From Mesotaenium endlicherianum (taxonomy: Eukaryota), in the NCBI GenBank assembly GCA_009602735.1, contig WELA01002297.1, positions 409,961-473,960 on the forward strand: a stretch of 64,000 nt of DNA, given 5' to 3'. The notes under the pieces are model-generated. The model worked only from the letters and a program-made list of their open reading frames with translations, did no database searches and was not told where the DNA came from. Position 1 is the stretch's first letter; every line of letters begins with the position of its first letter. Shown one piece after another: positions 1-12,144 of this stretch. The translations under genes were made by a program, and so were the position numbers.

Positions 1-789
1 CCCTTCCACCCACAGCCACTCTTGCCAGCCCACAGGTGCAGATGCCGTCGGGCACGCAGACCAGCTGGGGCCAAGGGTGCGCAGTGTCAGCAGTGGCCTC
101 GCCTCCGCCATCTGTCGGCCTCCGCCGTCTGTCGGCCCCACGTCAGGTGCCGCCACCTGGCTCGCCTCCTCTGAGGTAACCTTGCTGCTGCACTGGGCTT
201 GTCTGCCTCTTCTGCCTCTCCCACCTGCATGCCTCTTCCACCTGCAGGCGCGGTAGCAGGGGGGCTATTGGGCAGGTTCAAGTTCAGGGGTTTAGTTAGG
301 GTCCAGGTGCAGCTTAGGAAGAGAAGTGCAGAGTGGGTTGATTCCAGCACCAGGGGAAAGCTGAGGAGGGCCCGCGTGTGTCTCTCTACTGGTGCGTAGT
401 GAAGTTCAAGTTTAAGGGAGGGCTGAGGTCAGCGGTTGAGGGCTTAGGGTTTCTGTTTAGGTTTCAGATGCGCAGCCTGCGAGGGCTTGTGCAAGCATAG
501 TTCGACTTTTGTTGCGTTGTTTTTTTTCCTTATGTTACTGGTGCTGTTTCCTCTTCTCGATGTTCATCATGCTGTCAACTCTGCATCTTGTATGGGAGGA
601 AATAAAATGCGTTATGTCTGTATATTCTCATCTGTAAGCACCTTTTTTTGCTGTAGGCTACTATCTCGACCCCGAGTTTCAAGACTATTGCTCCTGGACC
701 GTCAACAAGTGTGTACTCACCGAGTGGCTTGACGTGCATTAAGGACCTTGTCAGAGGAGGTGCGACATCATAGAGTTTGCATGTATATA

Positions 790-1621
790 ATTGAATTAGC
801 ATGTACATAATAGAGAAAGTGGAAGTTGAGGAAGTGAATACATTTTGAATCAATTTTTGGTGACTTATTGCAATTTTGCATGATGTGTGATGTTGTAGAG
901 TTTGTGACGATGAGACGAGGATAATTTGGTGTATCATGTGGTTTTGTTGCTGTTGCCTAACACATAAATAATAAGAGCCATTGTGAATTTGATAGACATA
1001 GTTTCTCATTCAATTATTTCAAAGAAAGTTTCTTCACAAAACATATGAGCGACATATTCTAGACATGTGCCATAAACAATTCAAGCAACACATATTGTCA
1101 CATACCTGTTAGGGAACTCATAACTCACATGTGATTTTTACTACCACACAATAATGCCCACCTTCTGCTAGCGGATAAAAAGGGTTGGTTGACAATAATT
1201 GTAGGTCAGCAATTAACAGCACCTCCGCACTTGAAAGAATACTCATTTGGCACTGAGGTTAGGCTTCGCGTCTCACTCTAGGTGGCGGGGGTACATATCC
1301 GCCTGCCATCGGCCAGCTTGATAGAGAAAATGGAGAGATTTTTTTGTGANCTTTTATGTGAATCCTTCAAGCATGCCGGGGCGACCGAAAAAATATAACA
1401 GTCCACCAAAAAAAAAGTTCAATTTGAACAAAAAAACGTGACAACCGCGACGTTGTACTTTTGCGCGTGCGACCACCAAGGGGCGTCGACGTCAAGCTTA
1501 CGTTACGTCAACGGCGTCGTGACTTGGCGCACTAAGCGAACTAACCTTCTTTTTTGAACACCGAACTAAGCGAACTAGCGAACTTGGCGAATTAAGCGAA
1601 CAAGCGAACGGCGTAACCCTG
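790..1621 (+). mobile_element. 3' portion of a hAT-family DNA transposon (left end not identified), ending in TIR
   Basis: 790-860 matches the reverse complement of the transposase 3' UTR at ~22750-22820. Ends in repeated AAGCGAAC motifs and CGGCGTAACCCTG (1609-1621), same as the end at 7317. Confidence 0.7.
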
Positions 1622-1845
1622 CAATGAAGGGGCTGGTTGCCAGCCCGACAGAATGAAGCAAGGGGCTGGCTGCCAGCCCCGACACAGGCAAGCAAGGGGC
1701 TGGCTGCCAGCCCCAACACAGGCAAGCAAGGGGCTGGTTGCCAGCCCCGACAAAAGCACGCAAGGGGCTGGCAGCCAGCCCCCCTAAGAGCAAGCAAGGG
1801 GCTGGCAGCCAGCCCCAACAATAGCAAGCAAGGGGCTGGTCGCAA
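1622..1845. repeat. Tandem ~35-bp repeat (GCAAGCAAGGGGCTGGCAGCCAGCCCC...) internal to hAT
   Basis: Unit visible about 6 times; same unit at 25370-26030 and 27170-27945. Confidence 0.9.
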
Positions 1846-2491
1846 AGAGGGCAAGAGGGGATGGACGCACCTGAGAGATGTTGGTGGTAAGGCGCGTGAG
1901 CGTGAAGACGGCGCCACCTTGTAGTACAGAACGGACTTGAATCACGCCGTCCACTCCAGCTTCGGCCCGTCCGCTGCTGGCCTGGATGTGTTACAGCCTG
2001 AGGAATGCAAGGCAGCAAGGTCCTAAATGCGGAAGTAAGAAAACTTACGATGAATAGCAGGTGCGAAATGCAAAGAAAGGCGCTAGAAGTCTCTTAAGTA
2101 GGCTCCGCGAAATTGGCCAAAAGGATTGTAGCTTGTAAGATGGGCAGCAACTCAAGCAGATGCACGTTGGAGGCGAAAATTGAAATGGCTGGTGGCCAAA
2201 ATATTGGTGAAAAGGCTAGTGACTTTTTNGACTAGTGACTTTTTTTTTGTTCCCGCCGTTGCTCCACAAACCTGTCAAGATGCACTTGGTAGTTTGAATC
2301 CCGTCGATCGACGATGTATGCAAAGTCACGAGTGAAACAGAGCGTGCGGTGGCGGACGTGAAGGTGTCAAAACGTTGCTGGGCGGCGCGCACGAATAAAA
2401 AGTTAATCATACGCTTAGTACGAGCGTACCGACGCAGTACGCTTATTTAAGCGTACGAAGGTTGGCCAATACGGCGTACGGCGTAACCCTG
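1622..2491 (-). mobile_element. 5' end of a hAT-family copy, interrupted by the element ending at 1621
   Basis: Near-identical to 27725-29305 apart from one ~720-bp indel. Ends in GTACGC-type motifs and CGGCGTAACCCTG (2479-2491). Confidence 0.85.
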
Positions 2492-2944
2492 GTCACAATG
2501 ACTAGCACACGGAGTCACTTAGACTCCCTCCTCACGTACTCTAAGGCACGCCACCTCGTTGAGCTTCATTAGCTCAACGACTCCATCTGAGAGGCACTCT
2601 ATGCTCTCTCACACACTTGAGCTGCATCACTATCACAGTAATACAAGCTCACACACGTACAGTAATATAATAGTGCACAAGGCCACACACATACACATCG
2701 GCCTCCATTACTCACGTCTCCGGCAACCCTTCTTTCTTACTTCCAACAGTGCAATCACTTACATGGTCTTTCGCCTACTTAACCCACTTGCTTGGCGGCT
2801 ACCTACTAACTCACGCTTCACCTAAACCTCAATTACTTGAGGTTCCTACCACTCGACACATTGATATACTAAGTCAACACCACACAAATCAACACATGAG
2901 TTAACTAAGTTGACCTATGAGTAAACGAACTCGCACACTTCTAC
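2492..2944 (-). mobile_element. Possible LTR fragment of an unclassified retrotransposon
   Basis: Non-coding block between two hAT pieces; reads TGTAGAAG... on the minus strand from 2944. No partner in window. Confidence 0.25.
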
Positions 2945-3029
2945 ATCGACATATATTGTCTATTTGTCAAAGAGCTATTACTTAAATTTAAACTAAAGTA
3001 ACAAGCTGTATAATTCAACGGCACCGGTG

Positions 3030-3620
3030 TTGTGTTTCTGCTTGCCGGGGGTGGGTTGGCTGCTGCAGTGGCGCAGTTGGCCGCCCCCGTGTCCATGTTT
3101 GTTTCATTGCTAAGGGCTGGCTGGCTTGCTGCAGTGCTGGAGCTGGCCGCCCCCCTATTGGGTTCCTTCTTGCCCGAGGCGGGCTTCCTGCTGCAGTGTT
3201 GCAGCTGGTCGCACCCATGTTGTGTTTCTGCTTGCTCGGGGTTGGCTGGTTGTTGCAGTGGCGCAGCTGGCCGCCCTTGTGTCCCTGTTTGTTTGCTTGC
3301 TCGGGGCTGGTTGGCTTGCTGGAGTGCTGCAGCTGGCCGCCCCCTGGTTGTGTTTCTTCTTTCTCGGGGCGGGCTGGCTGCTGCAGTGGCGCAACTGGCC
3401 GTCCCTGTGTCCCTCTTTGATTGCTTGCTCGGGGCTGGCTGGCTTGCTGCAGTGCTGCAGCTAGCCGCTCCCGTGCTGTGTTTCTGCTTGCCCGGGGCGG
3501 GTTGGCTGCTGCTGTGCTGAAACTGCCGCCCCTGTCTCGCATTTTGCTTGCTGCAGCCCTCATAATCCTGTTTTTTTGCTTTCTCAGGGCGGGCTGGCTG
3601 GTGCACTGCTGCAGTTGCCT
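3030..3620. repeat. Tandem ~60-bp CTGCAG-rich repeat upstream of the transposase
   Basis: Unit GGGCTGGCTGGCTTGCTGCAGTGCTGCAGCTGGCCGCCCC...TGTTTCTGCTTGC repeated about 9-10 times. Confidence 0.9.
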
Positions 3621-3830
3621 GCCTCTGTGCTGTTGTTTTATTCGCTTGCTCTGCTACTGCTCCTCCTATGCTTGCCTCTTTTGCTGTCCTGTTGTTGCTC
3701 TCTTGTGCCTGCCCTTGCTGCTGCTCTTACATGGTTGTCTTCACTACTGCCCTGTTGTTGCTCTCTTTATCGAGCATAATTTTTTACTGCTTTATTTATT
3801 TCCTTTGTTATTGCAGAATTCACGCGCATC

Positions 3831-6177
3831 ATGCCTCAACCATCTACTTTGTGTGGAGCAACGCTTATTGGAATGAGAGGGGCTACTGGAGCATTTACCG
3901 CTCGTCTGCCCCCTAAAGCAATTGGTGCAAGATTTGGTCCAGAGTGGGCCCATGTATCCATCGTTGCGGAAGCCAAGTCAAAGAATTCACATCCGAAAGT
4001 CAAGTGCAACGAGTTTGTTGCTGGGGTCACCAGGATGCGTGGCCATCTCATGGGAGGACTTAAGGATGTTAGTTAGTGTGAGAAGGTTCCTAATGAGGTT
4101 CTAGACGTCATGATTCCTTGTTTTATTGGTTCGTCTAGTGGTGTCTCAGGAAAGCGACGTAGTAAGAGTGCCATGCAAGTTGCACAAAAGCCCGTGCTTG
4201 AATGGGGTTCTGGTGCAAGTGGCTCCTCCTCCTTAGGCAGGGAGACTGGATAGACCTCTATCAGTGACATGTTCCAAGACATGAATATTGATGCTGTCCA
4301 TGAGATTGTCACTCGCTTCTTGTATACTACTGGTTTATTATTCAATGTTGCTCGCAGCGAGTTCTTTGGGGAGATGTTGGGTGCAGTCAATAATCACACC
4401 CAGGAAACAGGTGTAGTGCATGTCCCAAAGAAGGATAAGCCGCTCGGATTACCCTCCTAGATAAAGAGGTGTTGAAAACAGAAGCTTGGGAGAAGAAACA
4501 GAAGAAGGGACTACCAATGACTGGTTGTAGCATTGTAGCAAATGGGTGGACTGATCCATGTGGGTGTCCTCTTCTTGATGTGCTTATAGTTGTGAGAGGC
4601 ACTGAGATGTTCATGGATGCTATCAACACTAAGGGTGAACGGAAAACAAGTGACTACATTGGTAACCACCTGCTTCGGCCGTGGAGAAGATAGGCGCCGA
4701 CCATGTCGTACAGCTTTGCACAGACTCTGCAGCTAACATTGTAGCTGGCTGTAATGTGGTTCGTGAGAAGCACCCGCACATATATTGGACCCCTTGTGCT
4801 GCTCATATTTTCAACTTGCTCTTGAAAGACCTAGGAAAGATAAAAGAGCTAGAGGGCATAATCAATAGTTTGAAGCACTTGGTCCAATTTGTTGCAAACC
4901 ACCACATCCCTCACGCTCTTTACTGTGAGCATGGGGCAAGGCTAAAAACAAAACTAAAGATGTTGAAGCCAGGACTCACGAAGTTTGCTAGTAACTTCCT
5001 TCGCTTGCAAAAACTCATTGTTGTGACGGATACCTTACAAGCTATGGTGTCTGAGTAGGTGGCTTGAGTGGGCGGCAATGAATGGTTATGTAGGTGAGGC
5101 TACGGAGGTTAGAGACCTAGTTCATGACGATGAACTTTGGGAGCAAGTGAAGGTATGGGTAGCCGTGTGTGAACTCATTGTAGTTCTCCTTCGACTTGTC
5201 GACTCTCCACAACCTTCTCTTGGGAAGATCTGGGCTCGCATGAGTGCCATTGAAGAGCATGTGCTTGAGGTTGAAGGACTCAAACTGGCACAAAGAACCC
5301 AAGTTAAGAAGGACGTGAAGGCTCGCTGGGAGCAGCTTCACAGCCCCCTACATTATGCGGGTAAAAGTCTATTTTGATGTTGCTCACCTTTCTTTCTCGG
5401 CGGCTGCTGTCCTCTTGCATTCTTGTTATTGTGTGCTGGTCATTGTTATTGTGCTTGTTGTTGTTGCTCTCTTTTTTGTGTTAAGTGCATTGTGTTGTCG
5501 ATCATATACTGAGTTTGCTAATTGACTTTGTGTGGCTACAGGATACTATCTGGACCCCAAGTTCCAAGAGCATGAGTCTTGGGCGATTGTGTCTACTTAC
5601 CGATTGGTCCGACGTGCGGAATACCCTTGTCGGAGGAGGTGTGGCTGACGGAGCGTTGCTGGATCAAGAGTTGGCGCTCTACCGGCAAAGCAGTGATATT
5701 TTTGGGGATGATGTTTGCAAGGCTAATAAGACCATGATGCCTGCTCACAAGTGGTGGGAAACATATGGAAGTCATTGTCCTAATCTTCAGCTTCTTGCTA
5801 TGAGAGTATTGTCGCAACCTGGTTCAGCAGCTGCAGGTGAGAGAAATTGGTCTGAGTACGGGTTTGTTCATAGTTCACATTGCAATAGGCTTCTCCCTAC
5901 TAGAGCAAAGAAGTTAGTGTACGTGCATTCTATGTTGAGATTTCAGGAGAAGAGTTTGGACTTTCTTGGACCAAGTCTTGGCGCGACTCCATGGGTTGAA
6001 GAAGCGGAGTTCTTGGAGACACCTGACGAGGAGGGTCTCAATCTTGCCATGCATGCCTCGCTGAGTGAGGAAGAGGAGATGGAAGTAGAGGAAGAGGAGG
6101 TAGAGGAAGAGGAGGTGGAGGAGCGACCTAGTGTTGCAGCTTCAGGAAGAAGAAGACCAAGAGTGATAGGTTACTAG
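3831..6177 (+). pseudogene. hAT transposase pseudogene (BED-like finger, DUF659, C-terminal dimerisation domain); intron 5361-5541
   Basis: Motifs CTDSAAN, WTPCAAH, LHSPLH, WWETYGS.CPNLQLLAMRVLSQ..SAAA.ERNWS split across frames by stops and frameshifts. GT-AG intron at same position as copy 2. Confidence 0.92.
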
Positions 6178-7549
6178 ATAGTAGAAGCGTTTGTCAGGTA
6201 GCTTGTACATAGAATTAGCTTGTACTTAGAATTATTGACGAACACACTTTATCTCTCTAAGCCTTCCCTCACTCATAAATGTCGCGTTTATAAGAACTTC
6301 TTACTTATTATACATGCTTGTTAAGAGGCTTAATCTTCTTGACATTAGTTTATTAGAGCTTACTATATTTAATGAAGAAGCAAAGGTACTCCTAAGCCTT
6401 CTGTATGAATTAAACAAGTATATAAGAAGTACTAAAAATATGCTTTTCTAAGCAGCCCTCCAGGTGTTTTCTTACTTTTTTTTTTTGCAAAGTCAAAATT
6501 GCCTTTCTCACACAAAGAGGCAATCAACAAGTACTTCTTAAGTCTTATGTGTTTGCTAATTATGAGTGTTAGTGCTTTTATTAGCTTTGCTGTACCTTAT
6601 TAGTCTCAAATATGATGAAAAAGTATTTTTACATCTTATGTCTGAACTAGTCAAGTTGTTAAGTACCAAAAGAAGGCGCTGCTAAGCGGCCCTCCCAATT
6701 TCCCCACCCAATTTTTGTCCCAAGTTTCTAAACGGAATAGAATAAAAAAGCACCGCAGCGGTAAAGACCACTCTATGGCCCTTTAGTGAGGCTGCGCTCC
6801 CTGCAGCCGGTGGCAAAGGTTCAACCCTATCCGCCTACATCATAGCGCTTGCTCACGTCAGTGACAGCAGGTCTTTTGTCATACATATACAAAGGAAAGA
6901 GCAGTTTTTGTGGAGTTGTATTCACGTCAAGGACCGAAATGTCGTGGAAACCTGTGTGGCACTTTGGTAAGTGGACACCCCCTGAAACTAGTGGTGAGGG
7001 TTCAAGTCCGTCCGTAAACGTCCGTAGTGAGAGTCGAGAGTTATAAGTTTTTTTCCAAACTCGTCGCTGCACTGCGGGCAACGAAAACTTCCGAAACCGC
7101 ATGAAAAAAAAACCAACCTTTTTGAACAGAATAACTGCCTGACACGACGTAGTGTTTTTACACGTGCCACCGACATCAAATATTGACGTCGGAGCTACAT
7201 GACGTCGACGTTGTCGTGACTTAGCGCACTAGGCAAACTAAGCATTTCTTTGAACTCCAAACTAAGCGAACTTGCGCACTTGGCAAGCTAAGCGAACAAG
7301 CGAACGGCGTAACCCTGCGAAACGGAGCGGGGACTATATTGCGCCTATCGCTCTCGATCCTTCAGCAAACGACGCGAAACCGGTGCCACTCGGAAAATGC
7401 TTTGACGCGCAACACTTTGGTGACTTGGAAAACTAGAAAAGGTTAATCGATGAATACGTAAAGTCAATGCAAAGTTGGTCGTCCTAGGTTGATGTTTTGC
7501 ACATATATAGCATAGTGTCGTACGTCAACCTCAACTCAGTAAATCACGA

Positions 7550-8504
7550 CAAAGACATCCAGGACAACTACCTACACCGCCACCACCGGTTAAGATTAAT
7601 GATGTATTGGAATTTGAAGCGGAGGCAATTTTTGGCGATCGACGAGTTAAGCAAGGTCGACAAGTTGTTTGGGAGTATTTGGTCAAGTGGAAAGGCTACC
7701 ATGCGAAAAACAACACTTGGGAGCCAAAGGTCAATTTGACCCGTTGTATGAGTAAGTTGAGGCATTATCTGCAAATGGCGTCGAGGACGTCACGTTTTGA
7801 GGAGGGGAATGATGTGAGGTCATAGGAATGTAGAGTGCATTTCTGTGATCATTGTGATATGAAATTCGTCCAATTTGGTCCAGTGTTGAACTTCTGAAGT
7901 TTTTTTATTTGTAAGCTTGGTCAACGACTGTCCTTAATTTGTGCTGAGCGCGATCATGAGATTGATTGACAGCGTCGAGCGATCTAGGTCGTTAGAGTGA
8001 ATACGAACCTTCACGTAATGTCGGCTAACGTGGAGTGCCGACTCGGTTAATTTACCTAAAAGCTTCGGATTAGTCTAGCGCGTCTAAGTTAGTACATTCT
8101 AGATATTTTGATGCAAGCATGTGGACGTCAAATCGGCCCGACACATCAGATGAGGCTGAACTGGCCCGCTCACAAATATTCTGGAAGGGACAATTTGACA
8201 AACACTTCAAAAATTCCATTGCTGAGCTGCCCTCCCTCCAAGGGGCGAGCGATAATCATAGAAAATTGTAAATAGGCATAATTTCTTCATTCTTATCAAT
8301 TTTCACTTTTGTAGTTTGCTACGAGTTTGTAAAGACAAGGCCGTTTATCCTTTTTTATTTTTGAGCACTATCTTGCTTCTCAAAATGTTGAATGATTTTC
8401 CTACGCTGTCTTAGTGATATGCCGCTGCACTCTAGAGTATGATTACAACTAGTTTTCTTTCTCGTGAGTCACTACCCTTCCACAAGGGCACTCTGCCCCT
8501 TTCA
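7550..8504 (+). mobile_element. 3' end of a family B chromovirus (chromodomain, PPT, 3' LTR 7813-8504)
   Basis: EYLVKWKGYHAKNNTWEP matches 36680-36730; PPT GAGGAGGGGAATGA; LTR TGT...CCCCTTTCA homologous to 36815-37544. Confidence 0.9.
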
Positions 8505-11408
8505 GTTAAGAAGCTATGCAGGGTAAGTAGGGAAAGGAGATGTATCTTGTTTTGGTAACCCTAGCCCGGTAATCAGATGGAGCAAGCGCGAATCTTAAAA
8601 TTCTAGGCGAGCACGCGTCGCCGGAGGAGCAAGTAGAGGTGTCTGATCTCCTTGCTCAGACGGAGCAAAGCCCAACTGCTCAAGAGAAGAAGAAGCTTGC
8701 TGAGATGCTTGCCCAATTTAAGGCGTTGTTGGAGGAGTTCAAGTGCGTATTTCCTGAGGAGCTACCTACAAGATTACCTCCACAGAGAGCAATGGAGCAT
8801 AAAATTGGGTTGGAACCAGGGAGCAGGCCACTAGTCAGTCCCGCCTATCGACAATCGTTTGCGGAGTTGGATGAATTGAAGAAGCAGCTAACAAAGTTGT
8901 TGGAAAATGGATTCATCCAACCCAACGATTCTCCATTCGCCGCGCCAGTCTTATTTGTGAAGAAGAAGGACGGAATTAGAGGATGTGTGTCGACTACCGA
9001 GAAGTCAAAAAGAACAGGTGCCCACTTCCACGAGTGGACGAGTTGATTGACAGGCTTGTCGGGACGAAGTATTTCTTGAAGATTGATTTGAGGAGTAGCT
9101 AACACCAGGTACGGAGTGCGAAAGGAGACGTTCACAATACTGCTCTTAGGACTCGCTATGGCGTATTCGATTCACAGTCATGCCTTTTGGGTTGACTAAT
9201 GCACCTGCTACATTCATGGAACTCATGAATAGCATCTTCAGACCCTACTTGGACCACTTTGTGGTGATATGTTTGGACATCATAAGAGGAGCATGTGGAG
9301 CATCTGAGGAAGGTGTTGGAGGTCTTGAGAAATCAGAAGCTGCATGGGAAGATGAGCAAGTGCAACTTCTATCTCATGAAAGTCAAGTTTCTGGGAAACA
9401 TTGTGGGAGCAAAAGGAGTCAAGGTGGAGCAGAAGAAGGGGCAAGCGGTACAATTTTGGCCGGCATCTGCTGATATTCATCAACTCAGGAGCTTCTTTGG
9501 CATGTCAAATTATTATCGACATTTCATCAAAGGATTTGCCAAGGTGCGTGCACTACTCACAAACATGTTGAGGAAGCAGGAGAAGTGGCTATGAGGTAAG
9601 AAGGAGCAGCAAGCCTTTGAGAAGATTAAGGAGTTGTTGACACAGGCACCTATGTTGGCAATCGCTAGTCCAGAGCTTCCTTTCACCATCATCACGGACG
9701 CGTCAAACTTTGCAGTGGGAGTTATTCTTCTCCAGGACTAGGGTAAAGGATTGCAACCTGTGGCATATGAGAGCAAGAAGTTGACTCCTCCTGAGCAAAA
9801 TTATGCAGCACACGAGCCGGAGATGTTGGCTATTATCCAACCTTTGAGGATTTGCCAATGTTATGTGGACAGTCAAAAGGTGTTCATCAAGACCACCCAC
9901 AAGAGCTTGGAGAAGTTCATGACGCAACCAACGTTGAAACTAAGACAAGCAAGGTGGATGGAGCTTCTGCAATAGTTCAACCACAAGATTGAGTACTTAC
10001 CTCGGAAGATCAACCCTGCAAACGCTTTATCGAGGAGGTGCGACCTTGCAGCTGTCTCAGTGATCAAGGGGAGAATGGACTTCAAGGAGAAGCTTAAGAA
10101 AGGTTATGAGGAGGACCCAAAAGTTGCAAATGGTAGAGCAGCTGAGTCCTACTCAAGTATGCAGAAGAAGGACGACATAAGGTATTATGGTGATTTCAAG
10201 AGTGTGGTGGTACCTGATGTCAAGAAGATACGAGACTTACTACTTGTGGAGCATCATAATTGCTTATATGCTAGACACTTTGGAAGCGAGAAGACGGCAA
10301 GCGTGCTGAAGCGAATGTTCTATTGGAGAAATATGGACAAGGATATCAAGGAGTAGATCAGGAGTTGCGATGCGTGCTAGCGAAACAAGACACCAAATCA
10401 AAAGAAGGGAGGTACATTGCAACCCTTGCCTATTTCACGGTATCCTTGGGAGCAAATTGCTACAGACTTCATCACATCTTTACCAGTTAGTGGTTAAGGG
10501 CACAATTTAGTATGAGTTGTGTTTGATAGGGTTAGCAAGATGGCTCACTTCATTTCCATGAAGGAGACTTTTACGGCAGCAGATGTGGCACGGCTATTTT
10601 CTGATCACATATTAGGGCCATGGGTTGCCGAAGGTGATTGGTTTAAATTGGGATCCAAGGTTTACTAGCAACTTCATCGTTTACTTTGATAGGGACCAAG
10701 CTGAGTATGAGCACTTCCTATCATCCCTAAACAAACCAACAGAGTGAGAGGCTGAACAGAGCTCGGCAAGAGGTGCTCAGGGGTTTCACTATGAAAGACC
10801 TTTCAAAGTGGGACAAGAAGCTCCCAGGGTTGGAGTTTACCTACAACAACAGCATGCAGGGATTGACCAAGCAATCACCATTTACTATAGTTTATGAGAG
10901 AGAAGCATGCAGGGAACATCTTGTTCAAGAAGGCCAAGGAGACTCAGGTTCCTACTACACAAGCTTTTATGGAGCAGATGGCCAAGACTTGGAACATGGC
11001 GAAGACGTGTATTCATAAGGCACAAGAAGAGCAGGTCAAGCATGCTAACAAGCAAAGGAGGGAAGTGACACTTGATGTGGGCGACAAAGTACTCTTGTCA
11101 ACATGGAATTTACCATTCATAGGCAAGAGAAAACTGCGAGCACGATTTACAGGTCCATTTTTGGTGCTCAAGAAGGTGAATCTAGTGGCCTACAAGTTGG
11201 AGCTTCCTTCAGACTGGGGTATACATGATGTGTTCCGTGTCAGTTACCTGCGGCCATACGTTGACTCAAATGAAGGACTTCTAGTATGACTACCTACACC
11301 GCCCCCACAAGTTGAGATCGACGTTGTATTGGAGTATGAAGTGGAGGCAATTGTCGGCGATCGACAAGTCAAGCGCGGTCAACAAGAGTATCTTGTCAAG
11401 TGGAAAGG
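8505..11408 (+). pseudogene. Decayed family B pol (RT, RNase H, integrase, start of chromodomain)
   Basis: Colinear with 33733-36697 ([28 protein letters not shown]); many stops and frameshifts. Cut by LTRs at both ends. Confidence 0.93.
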
Positions 11409-12110
11409 TGTAATGAATCAGTATATTAGTAGATATAATAGTTATTTAAGTTCAGCCTACTGAACTCTAGTTGATAATCAGTCTGCTGGACTTCATATTT
11501 AATATCAGTTTAATGACTCAGTCGGAAGCAGCAGGCTGAAGTCAACTTAAGTCAGCTTGCTGACACATTCTTTGACAGCCAGCTGACTTCCGTACTCGGT
11601 AGCAGTGAATTGCCTCAATATGCATCTAAGTGTGATATGCTAGATGAATGGCCAGATGACATCCCTATGATGGATGGCGACCGGGATGATGGGAGATGGC
11701 GGTAAATTTGGTTAACCGAGGTCCTACCAACGTGGTTAACTCTCGGGTAGGCGGTGCCATTGCACTGGCTGTTGAACAGTAAACTCATTCCATGTACATA
11801 TGCTAGGCATTGCTCTCGAGTTCGGCATTCAGATACGAGGCCAACTCTCTTGTACGGCTTATTGAGAGGAATCTGAATCCAAGGCGTGAAGCCATTGATA
11901 CGCACTGTCTTCTAACCTTGCTTATGTATGAGTTTACTGATTGCATTATTGATGCTAGTTTACTCGTATTTGACTTACGAGTGTTGTTCACTGCTAGTGT
12001 GTTGTCTTTTGCCGTTTAACCAGTTAACGGAAATTACCATGAAGATTACTTGCTGATATAAAGATCTTTATTAATTCTTAATCGCCTATTTGGTAAGTCG
12101 ATTCATTTAA
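11409..12110 (+). repeat. Family A 5' LTR
   Basis: Starts TGTAATGAATCAG; direct repeat of 19610-20325; followed by PBS. Confidence 0.93.
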
Positions 12111-12111
12111 G

Positions 12112-12123
12112 TGGTATTGGAGC
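12112..12123 (+). promoter_or_regulatory. Primer-binding site, initiator tRNA-Met type
   Basis: TGGTATTGGAGC vs canonical TGGTATCAGAGC, directly after the LTR. Confidence 0.8.
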
Positions 12124-12144
12124 AGTTATCATAGTCTTCTTTGT

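Larger units (their letters stand above)
2950..7317 (+). mobile_element. hAT transposon copy 1 (5' TIR missing, 3' TIR present)
   Basis: Contains repeat array and decayed transposase; 3' terminus CGGCGTAACCCTG at 7305-7317. Confidence 0.85.

Noticed and set aside
1498..3606. Many overlapping Cys/Ala/Gln-rich ORFs (also 25800-28020)
   Set aside because: They are translations of stop-poor tandem repeats, open in several frames on both strands.
6957..7020. Functional tRNA gene
   Set aside because: A- and B-box-like motifs are present but acceptor and anticodon stems do not pair; reported only as a tRNA-like motif.
11615..12019. Short ORFs recurring at 19689-20234, 55206-55458 and 63735-63953
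   Set aside because: They recur only because they lie in LTR A copies; no protein features.
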